NCBI GenBank assembly: GCA_039740895.1
Contig: JBCLGS010000002.1
Coordinates: 258-64,257 of the forward strand
Reading direction: 5' to 3'
Source of the DNA: Parcubacteria group bacterium
Lineage (GTDB): Bacteria; Patescibacteriota; Minisyncoccia; Phycocordibacterales; DATDWN01
DNA: 64,000 bases
The translations under genes were made by a program, and so were the position numbers. Under the pieces are notes generated by a model. That model was not told the DNA's origin and searched no databases. It saw only the letters and a list, made by a program, of their open reading frames with translations. Of this stretch, positions 35,182-45,818 are shown piece after piece. The stretch's first letter is position 1; every line of letters begins with the position of its first letter.

Positions 35182-36348
35182 ATGAATGAAATATACCAAT
35201 CAAAAGATTTGTTACGAACTAAATTTTTAATATCTCGAGATGAAGAAAATGCCCTTAAAGAAGAACTTGCGAGGAGAACTGATGCCGAAGCAGTCCGTAT
35301 TAGACACTATATTGATATGCCTGACCTTAGCAGGACGGAAGGTAATCCTCTATACGAAATAAAAGAAAAAGTAATTTCCCTTCCAATTCTAAAAGAATTT
35401 GACCATATTGATATTCCAGAAATTATTGGGACTGATATTCTTTTTGATTTATTTGACTTTGCCCCAGACCATGTTGCCCGTAGTAAATCTGATACATACT
35501 ATGTAGATGAAAAAAATGTTCTCCGTACACACGACACTGTCATGTGGTACTACTATTTAAACCTTCCAGAAATCAAACAAAAGATTGCGGAAAATAAAGT
35601 CCTTGGGGTTATGTGTTACGGAAAAGTGTATAGAAAAGATGAGATTGACCGTAGACACATGAATATCTTTCACCAGATGGGCGGGCTTTTTCTTCAGCCA
35701 GATAGTATGGGTATAATACCAGTTGATGAACTCCGAAATATACTAACTGAAATTGTCCATAATACATTTGGAAAAGATGTAAAATATCGTTTTCTAGATG
35801 ATACTTTCCCCTATACAGACCCATCGCTTCAGATAGAAGTTGAAATCAACGGCAACTGGGTAGAAATTATGGGCGGAGGAATGCCTAAAAAAAACATACT
35901 CGAAAAGATGGGGCTCACTGGCTATAACGGCTGGGCATTCGGATTTGGTTTGGAGAGACTTGCAATCATCAGCATGGAGCTTCCTGACATTCGACTACTC
36001 TGGTCAAAAGATTCTCGCGTCACAAAACAATTAAAACTTGGACAAAAATTTATTGATGTTTCAAAATATCCTCCAATCGTTAGAGACATTTCATTTATAG
36101 TAAAAAACGATTTCATTCCAAACAATTATTTTGACCTAGTTCGAGATATTGCAGGTGATATGGCCGAAGAAGTTGAACTGCTAGATAAATATGAAAATGT
36201 AGCAAAATTTGGCGAGGGAAATATAAGCTACGCATATCGCATCACTTACAGATCCCTCGATCGGACTCTTACAGCAGAAGAAATCAACGCTTTACACAAA
36301 AAACTCGAGGAAACTACCGTCTCAATATATAGTGCCACCATTAGATAA
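35182..36348 (+). CDS. pheS: phenylalanyl-tRNA synthetase alpha subunit
   Basis: 388 aa; class II core (GLERLAIISMELPDIRLLW); pheT does not follow. Confidence 0.88.
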   Translation: MNEIYQSKDLLRTKFLISRDEENALKEELARRTDAEAVRIRHYIDMPDLSRTEGNPLYEIKEKVISLPILKEFDHIDIPEIIGTDILFDLFDFAPDHVARSKSDTYYVDEKNVLRTHDTVMWYYYLNLPEIKQKIAENKVLGVMCYGKVYRKDEIDRRHMNIFHQMGGLFLQPDSMGIIPVDELRNILTEIVHNTFGKDVKYRFLDDTFPYTDPSLQIEVEINGNWVEIMGGGMPKKNILEKMGLTGYNGWAFGFGLERLAIISMELPDIRLLWSKDSRVTKQLKLGQKFIDVSKYPPIVRDISFIVKNDFIPNNYFDLVRDIAGDMAEEVELLDKYENVAKFGEGNISYAYRITYRSLDRTLTAEEINALHKKLEETTVSIYSATIR

Positions 36349-36405
36349 AAAGTGATAAAAACTCTTGAAATACTTGGGTAAGGGTGGTATGATACGAAAA
36401 CAAAG

Positions 36406-37653
36406 ATGACAGACGCGACAAACATGGTTATATATGTGTTTCTTTTTATATCCCTCTATTTTGAGGTGTTTATTCTTATAACATATTTTGAAAATCGACT
36501 TGGAATTAAAGAGGATAGCGAAAAAGCAAAACGCGGGGTAAAGAAATATCCAACCGTTACCATTATGGTTCCTTGTTGGAATGAAGAGCTCACCATATCA
36601 AAAACCATTCATTCTTTACTTAATCTTGATTACCCAAAAAATAAATTAAAAATTATTATTATTGATGACGGATCCACAGACAATACTTGGGAAATAATTC
36701 AGAAATTTAAAAACAAAGAACAAATAGAAATTTATCACAAGGAAAACGGGGGAAAATATACGGCACTTAATTTTGGTTTAACCAAAGTTACATCAGAGTT
36801 GGTCGGCTGTTTAGACGCTGATTCGTATGTTGACAAAGATGCACTGAAAAATATTGTGACATATTTCCAAGACAAGAAAACTATGGCAGTGATACCGTCC
36901 ATCAAAATCTGGCAACCAAAAACAATCGTCCAGTTAATTCAGAAAGTTGAATACATCTGGAATATATTCATAAAAAAAATATTATCATATATTGGGGCAA
37001 TATATGTTGCTCACGGAGCATTCTCTATTTTCCGCAAAGAAGTTTTTGAGAACCTTGGAGGCTACCGCTTCGCCCATCAAACTGAGGATATGGAAATGGC
37101 ACTTAGAATGCAATCAAACCATTATAAAATAGTCATCTCGCACGACGCTTATGTTTACACTGTCGCCCCGTCAACAGTTAGAAAACTCTACAAACAAAGA
37201 CTGCGTTGGGCTTACGGCTTTATAAAAAATTCCATAGATTACCGCTTTCTTTTCTTCAAGAAAAAATATGGAAATCTCGGGATACTTATTCTTCCCGTTG
37301 CTAGCTTATCCATTATTTCTGCGGTTTATCTTGTCCTAATGATATTAATTGGTTTCGGAAAAGCTGTTTTAAAAGGATATACCAAATTCCAAACTGTGGG
37401 ATTTAATTTCAGACTACCACAATTTAATCTTGATTGGTTCTCTATCAATACAGAATTTTTAGCAATTATCAGCCTTATGGTTTTTATAGGCACATTAGCT
37501 ATAATCCTATTATCTAGAAAAATGTCTGAGGGCAAAATAACACTTGGTATGGATTTGTTTTACTTTTTAACTCTATACACTTTTCTTGCACCATTATGGC
37601 TAGGAAAAGCACTTTATAACGCGGTCTTTTCTGTTAAAACCAACTGGAGATAA
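36406..37653 (+). CDS. family 2 glycosyltransferase, membrane-integrated (processive GT2-like)
   Basis: IIIIDDGSTDNT and DADS motifs, multiple TM helices at both ends. Confidence 0.8.
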   Translation: MTDATNMVIYVFLFISLYFEVFILITYFENRLGIKEDSEKAKRGVKKYPTVTIMVPCWNEELTISKTIHSLLNLDYPKNKLKIIIIDDGSTDNTWEIIQKFKNKEQIEIYHKENGGKYTALNFGLTKVTSELVGCLDADSYVDKDALKNIVTYFQDKKTMAVIPSIKIWQPKTIVQLIQKVEYIWNIFIKKILSYIGAIYVAHGAFSIFRKEVFENLGGYRFAHQTEDMEMALRMQSNHYKIVISHDAYVYTVAPSTVRKLYKQRLRWAYGFIKNSIDYRFLFFKKKYGNLGILILPVASLSIISAVYLVLMILIGFGKAVLKGYTKFQTVGFNFRLPQFNLDWFSINTEFLAIISLMVFIGTLAIILLSRKMSEGKITLGMDLFYFLTLYTFLAPLWLGKALYNAVFSVKTNWR

Positions 37654-37663
37654 TAATAAAACT

Positions 37664-38365
37664 ATGCAAAACGAAATAAATTGGAAAAAATACTTCTTCT
37701 CATTTGTCATCACTGCGATTATATTCGCTACAGCAATTTATCTAAGCAGTTATTTCAGCCAGAAAAAAATCGACGAAATTAGAGGGATTCAGGATAAAAT
37801 ATATATTGATATTTTATCCAGTGAAACTCAATTTGCTTTGTTAGAAGAATCTGTTTGCAAAGATGTTGGTTCTGAAACTTTATCCAAAGAGCTTGGTATA
37901 TTGGAAGAAAAGCTATCTTCCACAGAGCGAGAGCGAGGTTTTGATGACCCAGAAGTACAGAATCTAAAAAAATACTACTCCCTATTAGAAATAAAAGATT
38001 ATCTTTTAATGAATAAGATAAGTCAAAAATGTAATAAAACACCCTTATCAATTATATATTTCTACTCAACAGATCCCACTTGCTCTGACTGTGAAAGACA
38101 GGGCTATGTCCTGACAAAGCTAAGGCAAGATTATCCTGATCTTCGTGTATATTCATTTGACTACAATATTGATTTATCTGCAGTTAAAACTTTAATTTCT
38201 ATCAATAAAGTCAAAAATAATTTACCGGCATTAATTATAAAGGATAAATCTTATTATGGTTTTCAAAGCATTGAGATGCTAGAAAAATCTGTACCAGAAC
38301 TAAAAGCTCTTAAGGATGCAAAAATTGCAAGTACGACAAAAGCATCTTTGATTCCAAAGAAATAA
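37664..38365 (+). CDS. membrane-anchored hypothetical protein with CxxC (thioredoxin-like) motif
   Basis: N-terminal TM helix; FYSTDPTCSDCERQGYVL resembles a thioredoxin-fold CxxC active site. Confidence 0.25.
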   Translation: MQNEINWKKYFFSFVITAIIFATAIYLSSYFSQKKIDEIRGIQDKIYIDILSSETQFALLEESVCKDVGSETLSKELGILEEKLSSTERERGFDDPEVQNLKKYYSLLEIKDYLLMNKISQKCNKTPLSIIYFYSTDPTCSDCERQGYVLTKLRQDYPDLRVYSFDYNIDLSAVKTLISINKVKNNLPALIIKDKSYYGFQSIEMLEKSVPELKALKDAKIASTTKASLIPKK

Positions 38366-38414
38366 TTCACTAATTTATAAGATTAGTAATAAACTTCCAA
38401 ATCTGGATGCAGTT

Positions 38415-38510
38415 CTAGGCGGAAAGTGAAAAATAATCCGAGCCTTACTTTTTGTAAGGTGAGGATAATTTTTTGCTTTCCAACGACGAAATGCGCCAGA
38501 TTTGGAAGTT
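38415..38510 (+). repeat. family B structured repeat, copy 3 (between convergent genes)
   Basis: gaaagtgaaaaataat-ccgaGCCTTACtttttGTAAGGtgagg-ataattttttgc ... ccaacgacgaaatgcgccagatttggaagtttt; the inner stem CCTTAC/GTAAGG covaries with CCATAC/GTATGG in the other copies. Confidence 0.75.
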
Positions 38511-39749
38511 TTAAACAAAGGTCAGAGCTTTACCCATCTTGCCGGCTCTACCAGTTCGTCCTATTCGGTGAACATAGTCCTCGTAAGTAGCTGGTAAGTC
38601 AAAGTTTATTACATGTGAGACATCGTTGATATCCAAACCTCTAGCAGCTACATCTGTAGCTACAAGAACCTGAACACGATTGTCTTTAAAAAGCCCCAGT
38701 GCTCGTTGTCGTCCAGACTGGTTTTTATTTCCATGAATTGACTCGGCCTTGAATCCTCTTTTCGTCAGATTTTCAGAAAGCTTTTCTACGCCGTGTTTTG
38801 TTCGTCCGAATATAAGAACTTTGTTGAATTCTTTTTGAATAAGCAAGGAGTGAAGAATGTCCATTTTATCATCACCGTGTTTGACACGGACAACATCTTG
38901 GTCAATATTTTTTGCAGTATCTTGCGTTTTCACTGAAATCATTACAGGGTTATTTAAAAATTCTTTAATGAGCCCTTGAATTTCTTGTGAAAAAGTCGCT
39001 GAGAAAAATAATGTATGTCTATCTTTGGGCATCTGAGCCATCATAAAACGCATATCGTTTATAAATCCCATATCGAGCATTCTATCTGCTTCGTCCAACA
39101 CAACAGTTTTGAAGTGTATAAGGTTTAGAACTCTTCGCTCTATCAAATCCTTTATTCTTCCTGGAGTACCTATAACAAATTCATTTCTAAATTTAAGGTC
39201 TCGGATTTGCTTACCGATGGGTGAACCACCGACAACGCAAGTTGAAAATAAATTGAGACCAATAATGAAGTCTTTCAACTCTTCTTGAATCTGAATTGCT
39301 AATTCTCTTGTAGGAACAACAATGAGAGCATTCTCATTTGGCTGTGAGAGTATCTTATGAATTAAAGGAATAAGAAATGCCGCAGTCTTGCCTGTACCGG
39401 TGTTGGCAATACCAACAACATCTCTTCCAGTCAAAACATTTGGAATAGCCTTATCCTGAATTGGAGTTGGTAGTACATAACCCTTTTTAATAATGTTTGT
39501 CTTTAACCTTTGGTCTATGACGAAGTCAGCAAATTTATTTTCTGGTATGTATTTTGGAGCAGATTCGATAGCTACCGCTCTGTTTACAAATCGAGCGTGA
39601 TCAATTCTGGCTGTTTTTCCACCACCAAATCCTCCACGAGAATGACTTCGTGAATTTCTTGAAGAAAATCCCTGAGATCTTCCTCCACCATTAAAACTGG
39701 GTTTTCTAAAAACCCGTCCTTTCGGACTATTATTTCTTCTTGTTTCCAT
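38511..39749 (-). CDS. DEAD-box ATP-dependent RNA helicase with RG-rich N-terminus
   Basis: Q-motif, ANTGTGKT Walker A, VLDEADRMLDMGF DEAD box, SAT, HRIGRTGR. Confidence 0.9.
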   Translation of the reverse strand: METRRNNSPKGRVFRKPSFNGGGRSQGFSSRNSRSHSRGGFGGGKTARIDHARFVNRAVAIESAPKYIPENKFADFVIDQRLKTNIIKKGYVLPTPIQDKAIPNVLTGRDVVGIANTGTGKTAAFLIPLIHKILSQPNENALIVVPTRELAIQIQEELKDFIIGLNLFSTCVVGGSPIGKQIRDLKFRNEFVIGTPGRIKDLIERRVLNLIHFKTVVLDEADRMLDMGFINDMRFMMAQMPKDRHTLFFSATFSQEIQGLIKEFLNNPVMISVKTQDTAKNIDQDVVRVKHGDDKMDILHSLLIQKEFNKVLIFGRTKHGVEKLSENLTKRGFKAESIHGNKNQSGRQRALGLFKDNRVQVLVATDVAARGLDINDVSHVINFDLPATYEDYVHRIGRTGRAGKMGKALTFV

Positions 39750-40034
39750 TTTATTATTAATTGAGATTTTTACTTTCTCCTAGTTCAAATAAAGACTTAA
39801 TTGCCTCTAACAGTTGGAGAAATAAAATCTCAAACAGAAACTTCGAGTTTGGCTCAATTACAGACACTATATACTATCTTGGTTTATTTGTCAAATTTTG
39901 CCCTTCAAAATTTGTGTCGATAATAAAATCTCGCTTTTGTGAGGATTTTTTATCGACCAAAATTTGCCACTTAAAAAAATGTGTATCACAGATTTTTTGC
40001 CGTAGGCAGAAAAATTGTGGGACCAAATTTTGGA

Positions 40035-40454
40035 TTACTCAGAAGTAATAAAACTTTTTATTGTTGGTAAAATATTTGTGTAATATTCCCTTAGATTGTC
40101 ATAACTAAGTTTTGAAATAACATCTGTGTACGAAACCCATTCTATACTGTCATTATCAGATTCATTTTTCAAAGTTGAATCATCTTCAGATTGAACTAGG
40201 AACATTTTAGTTGAAACTATTTCTCCAGTTGAAGAGGTATAAGATAGGTCATTAAGTGATGTCAATATCTTTATAGATAAACCAGTTTCTTCTTTTATCT
40301 CACGAATCATTGCTTGAGTCGGCTCTTCTCCTGCATCTATATGGCCTTTAGGAAAGGACCAATCTTTTTGCTTACCACGATAAAGTAATGCAATGTTGTT
40401 TTTATTTTCATTGCTTAAAATAATAGCCCCAGCTTTTTGTGTTATTGTATTCAT
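40035..40454 (-). CDS. NUDIX hydrolase
   Basis: Nudix box GHIDAGEEPTQAMIREIKEETGL. Confidence 0.7.
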   Translation of the reverse strand: MNTITQKAGAIILSNENKNNIALLYRGKQKDWSFPKGHIDAGEEPTQAMIREIKEETGLSIKILTSLNDLSYTSSTGEIVSTKMFLVQSEDDSTLKNESDNDSIEWVSYTDVISKLSYDNLREYYTNILPTIKSFITSE

Positions 40455-40486
40455 GTTTATTTATGAAAAAGTGGCACTTTATTTAT

Positions 40487-41734
40487 TTAAACATCTTGCT
40501 GGGTATTTTCGGGGGTGACATCTATTTTTCCAGCTATTGTGTTCATAATCTTAGGAAGATTTTTAAGTTTTATACGCTTAAGAAAATCAGTTGTTCCTTC
40601 ACTTAATTTGTCTTGATTCATTAATTCTATTGCTTTTTTTAAATGATCTTTAGTAAACGTCTCTCCGTACTTCCAGATACCTTTTTGTTCCAATTCATAT
40701 TCAAGTACACGCTTACGAGCGTTCATTTCTGTAGGATTAGAAAAATATTCATTATCCTCTTTTGCATCCGAGGATAATGGACGATATGCTTCTTTGTACA
40801 AATTTTTAGCATACCTTGACATATATTTGTTATCATCTGTAATTGCATGCTCTCCCTCATGAATAGCCACGGGTTCATTCATTAAATAAGTATGAGGACT
40901 AAGAATATATTTACCTTCTAATTCAGGTCTTCCAGAATTATAAGGAGTATACTCCCCAGCAACTCCTGCATCCAGAGGGTGATGTTGATCCTGAATTCTT
41001 ACCTTGTCAGATACTGCAATATCTCTTCTACGTTCTATTTCCTTATCAGATAGACCCTCAAATTTTTTACCTTTATCAGCATATTCTTTAGAGTGTACTA
41101 TTCCTGCCAACCACTCTCTTTGTTCATCAGCATCTATATAATTAAGTTCAGCTTCAATCTTAAGTTTATCAAATTCAGATTCCCCTTCTAAATTATATGT
41201 AGGATGAGCTTTTACATATTTTTGATACTCATCATAACTTTCAAATGCTTTTCGTTGAGGATTATCCTTTTTAACTTCTATATGTGCTCTTTCATTACTT
41301 GAAGGTGTCCCCGCAACAACCTGTTCTTGTGCAGAAGTAGTTTGCAACTCCTCAGTAGGATTTTTTGCTGATTGTGCTTCTGCGGTGGTTGCCATGGAAG
41401 CTAGTACTCCAACAGCCATAATTTTTTTAAAACTTTTATATAATTCACTAGCTGAATCTTTGATGCCACTTAGTGCAGAATTTGTGCCACTTGATTCCAT
41501 GCGTGATGTAACCTCATCAGAAGTAAATCCTAACTTTTCGCCAAAACCAATCACATTTGGAGTTACAGTGTCTGCTTTTTCGTCAAATGAAGCTATTTCC
41601 GCATCAGATTTTAGATCTAATTCTTTTATTTCTTCTGTTTCTGTTAAGGGTAATGCTTCGGGTGATACTTCGGGCAGTACGGTACCCTCTTTTAAAGACA
41701 AGTCATCTTCTTTTTGTTTTTGTTCAAAATTCAT
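40487..41734 (-). CDS. hypothetical membrane-anchored protein with HEGEH (HExxH) motif; possible zincin-like
   Basis: 415 aa; acidic N-terminal region, one TM helix, C-terminal domain with AIHEGEHAITDD. Confidence 0.3.
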   Translation of the reverse strand: MNFEQKQKEDDLSLKEGTVLPEVSPEALPLTETEEIKELDLKSDAEIASFDEKADTVTPNVIGFGEKLGFTSDEVTSRMESSGTNSALSGIKDSASELYKSFKKIMAVGVLASMATTAEAQSAKNPTEELQTTSAQEQVVAGTPSSNERAHIEVKKDNPQRKAFESYDEYQKYVKAHPTYNLEGESEFDKLKIEAELNYIDADEQREWLAGIVHSKEYADKGKKFEGLSDKEIERRRDIAVSDKVRIQDQHHPLDAGVAGEYTPYNSGRPELEGKYILSPHTYLMNEPVAIHEGEHAITDDNKYMSRYAKNLYKEAYRPLSSDAKEDNEYFSNPTEMNARKRVLEYELEQKGIWKYGETFTKDHLKKAIELMNQDKLSEGTTDFLKRIKLKNLPKIMNTIAGKIDVTPENTQQDV

Positions 41735-41736
41735 AA

Positions 41737-41895
41737 TTACATTTTTAAATCTTTACGCAACCTTTCTATTTTTTCTTTTTCAAGCTGTCGTCTAAAATTA
41801 GAAATTATTTTTTCTTGCTCTTCACTCAATTCACCTAATTGCTCTTTGAATTTTAGAAAAGCTATTTTAATTTTTGATATGTTATCTTGAGACAT
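41737..41895 (-). CDS. possible small coiled-coil protein (52 aa, MSQDNISKIKIAFLKFKEQLGELSEEQEKIISNFRRQLEKEKIERLRKDLKM)
   Basis: Found by eye; start-stop overlaps the start of the downstream 415-aa gene, suggesting coupling. Confidence 0.2.
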   Translation of the reverse strand: MSQDNISKIKIAFLKFKEQLGELSEEQEKIISNFRRQLEKEKIERLRKDLKM

Positions 41896-41988
41896 TTGAA
41901 TTATATTATTTCACATTTACTTCTATATGAAAAGAGGTATCGGAAATTACTTTAAGTCATTTTCCATACCATGTGATAGGATTGAACA

Positions 41989-43254
41989 ATGACAAACAAA
42001 GAAGAAACAGTCTGGGATGTGGCTGTAATAGGCGGTGGTCCTGCAGGATTGATGGCGGCTGGGCGAGCAGGAGAAAATGGCTCTCGTGTCATTTTGCTTG
42101 AAAAAAACTCTATTTTGGGCAAAAAACTCCTTATAACAGGTGGTGGGCGATGCAACATGACAAATGCCGAGATGGACATTCGTAAGCTCCTTGAAAAATT
42201 TGAGGAGGCTGGCAAATTTCTATTTTCTACATTCTCACAATTTAGTAGCAAAGAAACTCTAGAATTTTTCAATACCCGAGGACTCCAAACAAAAGTAGAG
42301 CCAGGTCTCCGTGTCTTCCCTATCACGGACAAATCGCAATCTGTTTTAGATGTTTTGGAAAAATATATACAAGATAATAATGTAACAATTCAGTGCAACT
42401 CGGCTGTTTCTGGATTTAAAACTTCTGAAAATAAAATTATTTCAGCCACATTAGAAGATGGACGAGAAATAAAAGCCAAAAACTTTATACTCGCAACTGG
42501 CGGAAAATCCCGACCAGAAACTGGTTCAACAGGTGAAGGATTTTCGTGGCTTCGAAAAATTGGTCATACTATAATTGAACCGAGCTCAGCCTTAGTGCCA
42601 ATTGCTATTCTAGACGAATGGGTCAAAAAACTTCAAGGATTAAGTCTGTCAGATGTAAAAATCTCACTAGTTCAATATGAAAAAAAAGTAGAAGCAAAAA
42701 AAGGAAAGATGCTTTTCACTCACTTTGGCATAAGTGGCCCAACCATTTTAAATATGAGTAAACATGTTGGAGATCTTTTGAAACATGATGATGTTACTAT
42801 TTCTATCGATTTATTTCCCCAATATGGTTTGGACAAAATGAATACAGAGCTTCAAGAACTTTTTAAAAAACAAAACAAAAAACAATTAAAAAATTGTCTA
42901 CCAGATATTATTCCAAGCACATTGGTCCCTGTAATTCTTGAACTTACCGACATCAATCCAAAAACCCCAGCTAATAGCGTGACCAGAGAAGACAGAATAA
43001 AACTTATGGAAATTCTCAAATCACTTAATATGAAAGTTAAAGGTCTTCTAGGCGTTGAAAACGCGATTGTCTCTAGTGGAGGTGTAAGTTTGGACGAAGT
43101 TGATTTTAAAACTATGTCCTCTCGCCTATTTCCAAATCTCTATCTTGTGGGTGATATACTAAATGTAAACCGTCCATCTGGTGGCTTCAGTCTACAGCTT
43201 TGCTGGACTACAGGATTTGTCGCAGGCACATCTGCAAGTAAAAATAATAATTAA
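41989..43254 (+). CDS. FAD-dependent oxidoreductase, HI0933/YhiN (aminoacetone oxidase-like) family
   Basis: N-terminal DVAVIGGGPAGLMAA dinucleotide-binding motif and GGGRCN block. Confidence 0.75.
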   Translation: MTNKEETVWDVAVIGGGPAGLMAAGRAGENGSRVILLEKNSILGKKLLITGGGRCNMTNAEMDIRKLLEKFEEAGKFLFSTFSQFSSKETLEFFNTRGLQTKVEPGLRVFPITDKSQSVLDVLEKYIQDNNVTIQCNSAVSGFKTSENKIISATLEDGREIKAKNFILATGGKSRPETGSTGEGFSWLRKIGHTIIEPSSALVPIAILDEWVKKLQGLSLSDVKISLVQYEKKVEAKKGKMLFTHFGISGPTILNMSKHVGDLLKHDDVTISIDLFPQYGLDKMNTELQELFKKQNKKQLKNCLPDIIPSTLVPVILELTDINPKTPANSVTREDRIKLMEILKSLNMKVKGLLGVENAIVSSGGVSLDEVDFKTMSSRLFPNLYLVGDILNVNRPSGGFSLQLCWTTGFVAGTSASKNNN

Positions 43255-43315
43255 ACCCTATTAACAAAAAAATTATTTAGGGTTATAATTGTATTGATAT
43301 TAATAATTTTTTATT

Positions 43316-43804
43316 ATGAGCCCAGCACCTATTATTTCTTTCGAGGATTTTAATCTTATTAAAAATGGTTTAGGAAAAATAGTTTGTACCTCAGGAGGAT
43401 TTGACCCAATACACCCTGGGCACGCATCCTATCTTTTTGAGTCAAAAAAATATGGAGATGTCTTAGTAGTTGTGGTAAAAGGAGATACTTTTCTGAAAAA
43501 TAAAAAAGGAAAACCTTTCATGGACTTACAAACAAGGTGCTATCTAGTCTCTCATATAATAGGAGTGGATTTCGTTATCCCTTTTGAAATAGAGAATGAT
43601 CAGACTGTTTGTGAAGCGTTAAAGAAAATAAAACCTCATGTTTTTACGAGGGGAGGAAATAGAGTAGACGCTACATCAATTCCGGAATGGAACATCTGCG
43701 AAGAACATAATATTGAAATAATTTTTGGCGTTGGACTACAAAAACTTTGGAGTAGCACTGATTTCTTGGAAGAGTGGGGAGAATTTTGGGTTACAAAAAA
43801 ATAG
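43316..43804 (+). CDS. cytidylyltransferase-like nucleotidyltransferase (HxGH family)
   Basis: CTSGGFDPIHPGH matches the HIGH-type motif of the CTP-transferase / RfaE domain II family. Confidence 0.55.
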   Translation: MSPAPIISFEDFNLIKNGLGKIVCTSGGFDPIHPGHASYLFESKKYGDVLVVVVKGDTFLKNKKGKPFMDLQTRCYLVSHIIGVDFVIPFEIENDQTVCEALKKIKPHVFTRGGNRVDATSIPEWNICEEHNIEIIFGVGLQKLWSSTDFLEEWGEFWVTKK

Positions 43805-43850
43805 CCTCACTCCAGACCAACTCTAGGAGTGAAGCTATTTTTTATTTTTT

Positions 43851-44144
43851 CTAATTCTTCAAAACTGCTGGTGCTGGTTGCGCAGTAGCAGTAGGAGTTA
43901 CAACATCCCATTGTCCACCACGCATCATTTTTCCATATCCATGTCGATATGAACCACCACCATACTCACCTCCAAGCATACCTTTGAATTCTCCGACTTT
44001 CATACCTAGGGAGAAAATCATATAAACAACTACGATGACAAGTACCCATCTCAAAAGACCGTATTGATGATGATACTTACCACTGCAATTTCCCATGTGA
44101 CCTTTGCAAACTTCACATGAATTTTGATTCGTATTCTGCTCCAT
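43851..44144 (-). CDS. hypothetical small membrane protein with N-terminal Cys/His cluster and Gly-rich tail
   Basis: 97 aa; CEVCKGHMGNC, one TM helix. Confidence 0.25.
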   Translation of the reverse strand: MEQNTNQNSCEVCKGHMGNCSGKYHHQYGLLRWVLVIVVVYMIFSLGMKVGEFKGMLGGEYGGGSYRHGYGKMMRGGQWDVVTPTATAQPAPAVLKN

Positions 44145-44226
44145 TAGTTTGATGCAAGTTATTAATAATTCAACATGTAAATTATACTACATACTATTTT
44201 TGTTGTCATCATCACACTGGGGAAAA

Positions 44227-45420
44227 CTAAGAAGTAATTTTTGATGGAATGATTTTATATCTAAATATTACAAAAAAACAAAGTGCTACTGAAGTTATTA
44301 CCGCAGCAAAAAGAAAAGCGTAAGTAGGATGAAGTGCCCATAGAAGACCTGCGATAATCGAAGCTGGAAGATATGCTAAACCAGTAATAAAATTATACAC
44401 ACCAATAGCAGTGGCGCGTCTGTCTGTTTCAATGTCTGCGATGAAGGCCTTGCTCTGTGCTTCATCAATACTGTAAAAAATTCCAAACAAAACAAATAAA
44501 TAAATAACTTGCCATTTGTTTGTGGCGAAAATAAAACCAAAAGACATTATAATATAAATCAAATAACCTAAAACAACTATGTATTTTCTACCCACCCAAT
44601 CCCCTAGCTTGCCAATAGGAATTGAAACGATAACAAACACAATATTAAATAGTGCGTAAAGTAAAACAACATCCTTAATTGCGAAACCAACAGTGTATGC
44701 TCTCAAAAGAAGAAAACCGAAACTAAAATATGCCAAGGAGAATATGCTGGCTGGAATAAGATAAAATTTAAACCCATCATTTAAAGTCGTCCAGGCTTTG
44801 AAAATGTTCTCTCTTTCGTGCGGTGTTCCCGGTCTATCTTTCATAAAAGAAAGGACAATCACTGAAAGTATTGCCAAAACAATTGCGATAATGAAAATAA
44901 TATGGAAAGTGCTTAGTTTCTCCCCTAGTGTGGTCAAAAGTGCATAAGCAAGTAGTGGACCAAGAATTGCACCAAATTTGTCCATTGCTTTATGTAATCC
45001 AAAAGCATACCCACGGTTCCTCTGCTCAGTCACATCTGAAAGCCATGCATCTCGCGGTGGGCCATGAAAACTTTTTCCCAGGCGTTCTATCACTCTAAAA
45101 AGAGCAAGTGAGGTAACAGAACTTGCTATGAGCAAGGAGACTTTTGCTAAAGTAGAAAAACCGTAGCCGACAAGAACTAGTGGCTTTCTCTTGCCAGACC
45201 TATCAGAAAACCAGCCCGCAAAATAGTCAAGTGATGATGATGAAAAGTCTGCAAGCCCTTCTATTATTCCCAAAAGAGCCGAGGACGCTCCCATAATTAC
45301 TGTAAAGAAAATTGAAAATACAGAAAAAATAGCTTCCGAGCTTACGTCAGTAAGAAAACTTACAACTCCCAATTTCAGTACGTCTGGATGAACATCTAAA
45401 AATCTTTTTTCTTCTTCCAT
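44227..45420 (-). CDS. MFS transporter
   Basis: 397 aa, 12 predicted TM helices, GRKY/R loop motifs. Confidence 0.75.
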   Translation of the reverse strand: MEEEKRFLDVHPDVLKLGVVSFLTDVSSEAIFSVFSIFFTVIMGASSALLGIIEGLADFSSSSLDYFAGWFSDRSGKRKPLVLVGYGFSTLAKVSLLIASSVTSLALFRVIERLGKSFHGPPRDAWLSDVTEQRNRGYAFGLHKAMDKFGAILGPLLAYALLTTLGEKLSTFHIIFIIAIVLAILSVIVLSFMKDRPGTPHERENIFKAWTTLNDGFKFYLIPASIFSLAYFSFGFLLLRAYTVGFAIKDVVLLYALFNIVFVIVSIPIGKLGDWVGRKYIVVLGYLIYIIMSFGFIFATNKWQVIYLFVLFGIFYSIDEAQSKAFIADIETDRRATAIGVYNFITGLAYLPASIIAGLLWALHPTYAFLFAAVITSVALCFFVIFRYKIIPSKITS

Positions 45421-45442
45421 AGCATAAGTATAACAAAAATTA

Positions 45443-45730
45443 TTATTTTAAAGGAATTTTAGTGCTTTTTATTAGTTGCAATTTTTGTTCCCTGCTCAAC
45501 ATTTTTATCTCACCTTCCCGGCGGCGAGATTCACTATATGTTTCAAATTTTTCTGAGTGCATCAAAACAGTCGGCCTGCGAATTTTTGTGTAGTGCGCTC
45601 CAGATTTTAAATTGTTATGTTGATGCAGTCTCTTTTTAAGATTATTCGTGGACCCGATATAGAAAGTTTTATCTGCACATTGAAGGATGTAAACGAAATA
45701 AGGTATTTTAACTAAAATTTTTTCGCTCAT
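45443..45730 (-). CDS. GIY-YIG nuclease-domain protein
   Basis: KIPYFVYILQCADKTFYIGSTNNLKKRLHQHN; start taken at MSEKI (the ORF extends to 45766). Confidence 0.7.
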   Translation of the reverse strand: MSEKILVKIPYFVYILQCADKTFYIGSTNNLKKRLHQHNNLKSGAHYTKIRRPTVLMHSEKFETYSESRRREGEIKMLSREQKLQLIKSTKIPLK

Positions 45731-45818
45731 ATTTATATTATATCGTAAATGGCGGCTGACCCCCATTTCCCTTGCTACTTTTACATGGAGAAGTGTTTTA
45801 TTTGTGCTAGAATACTAA

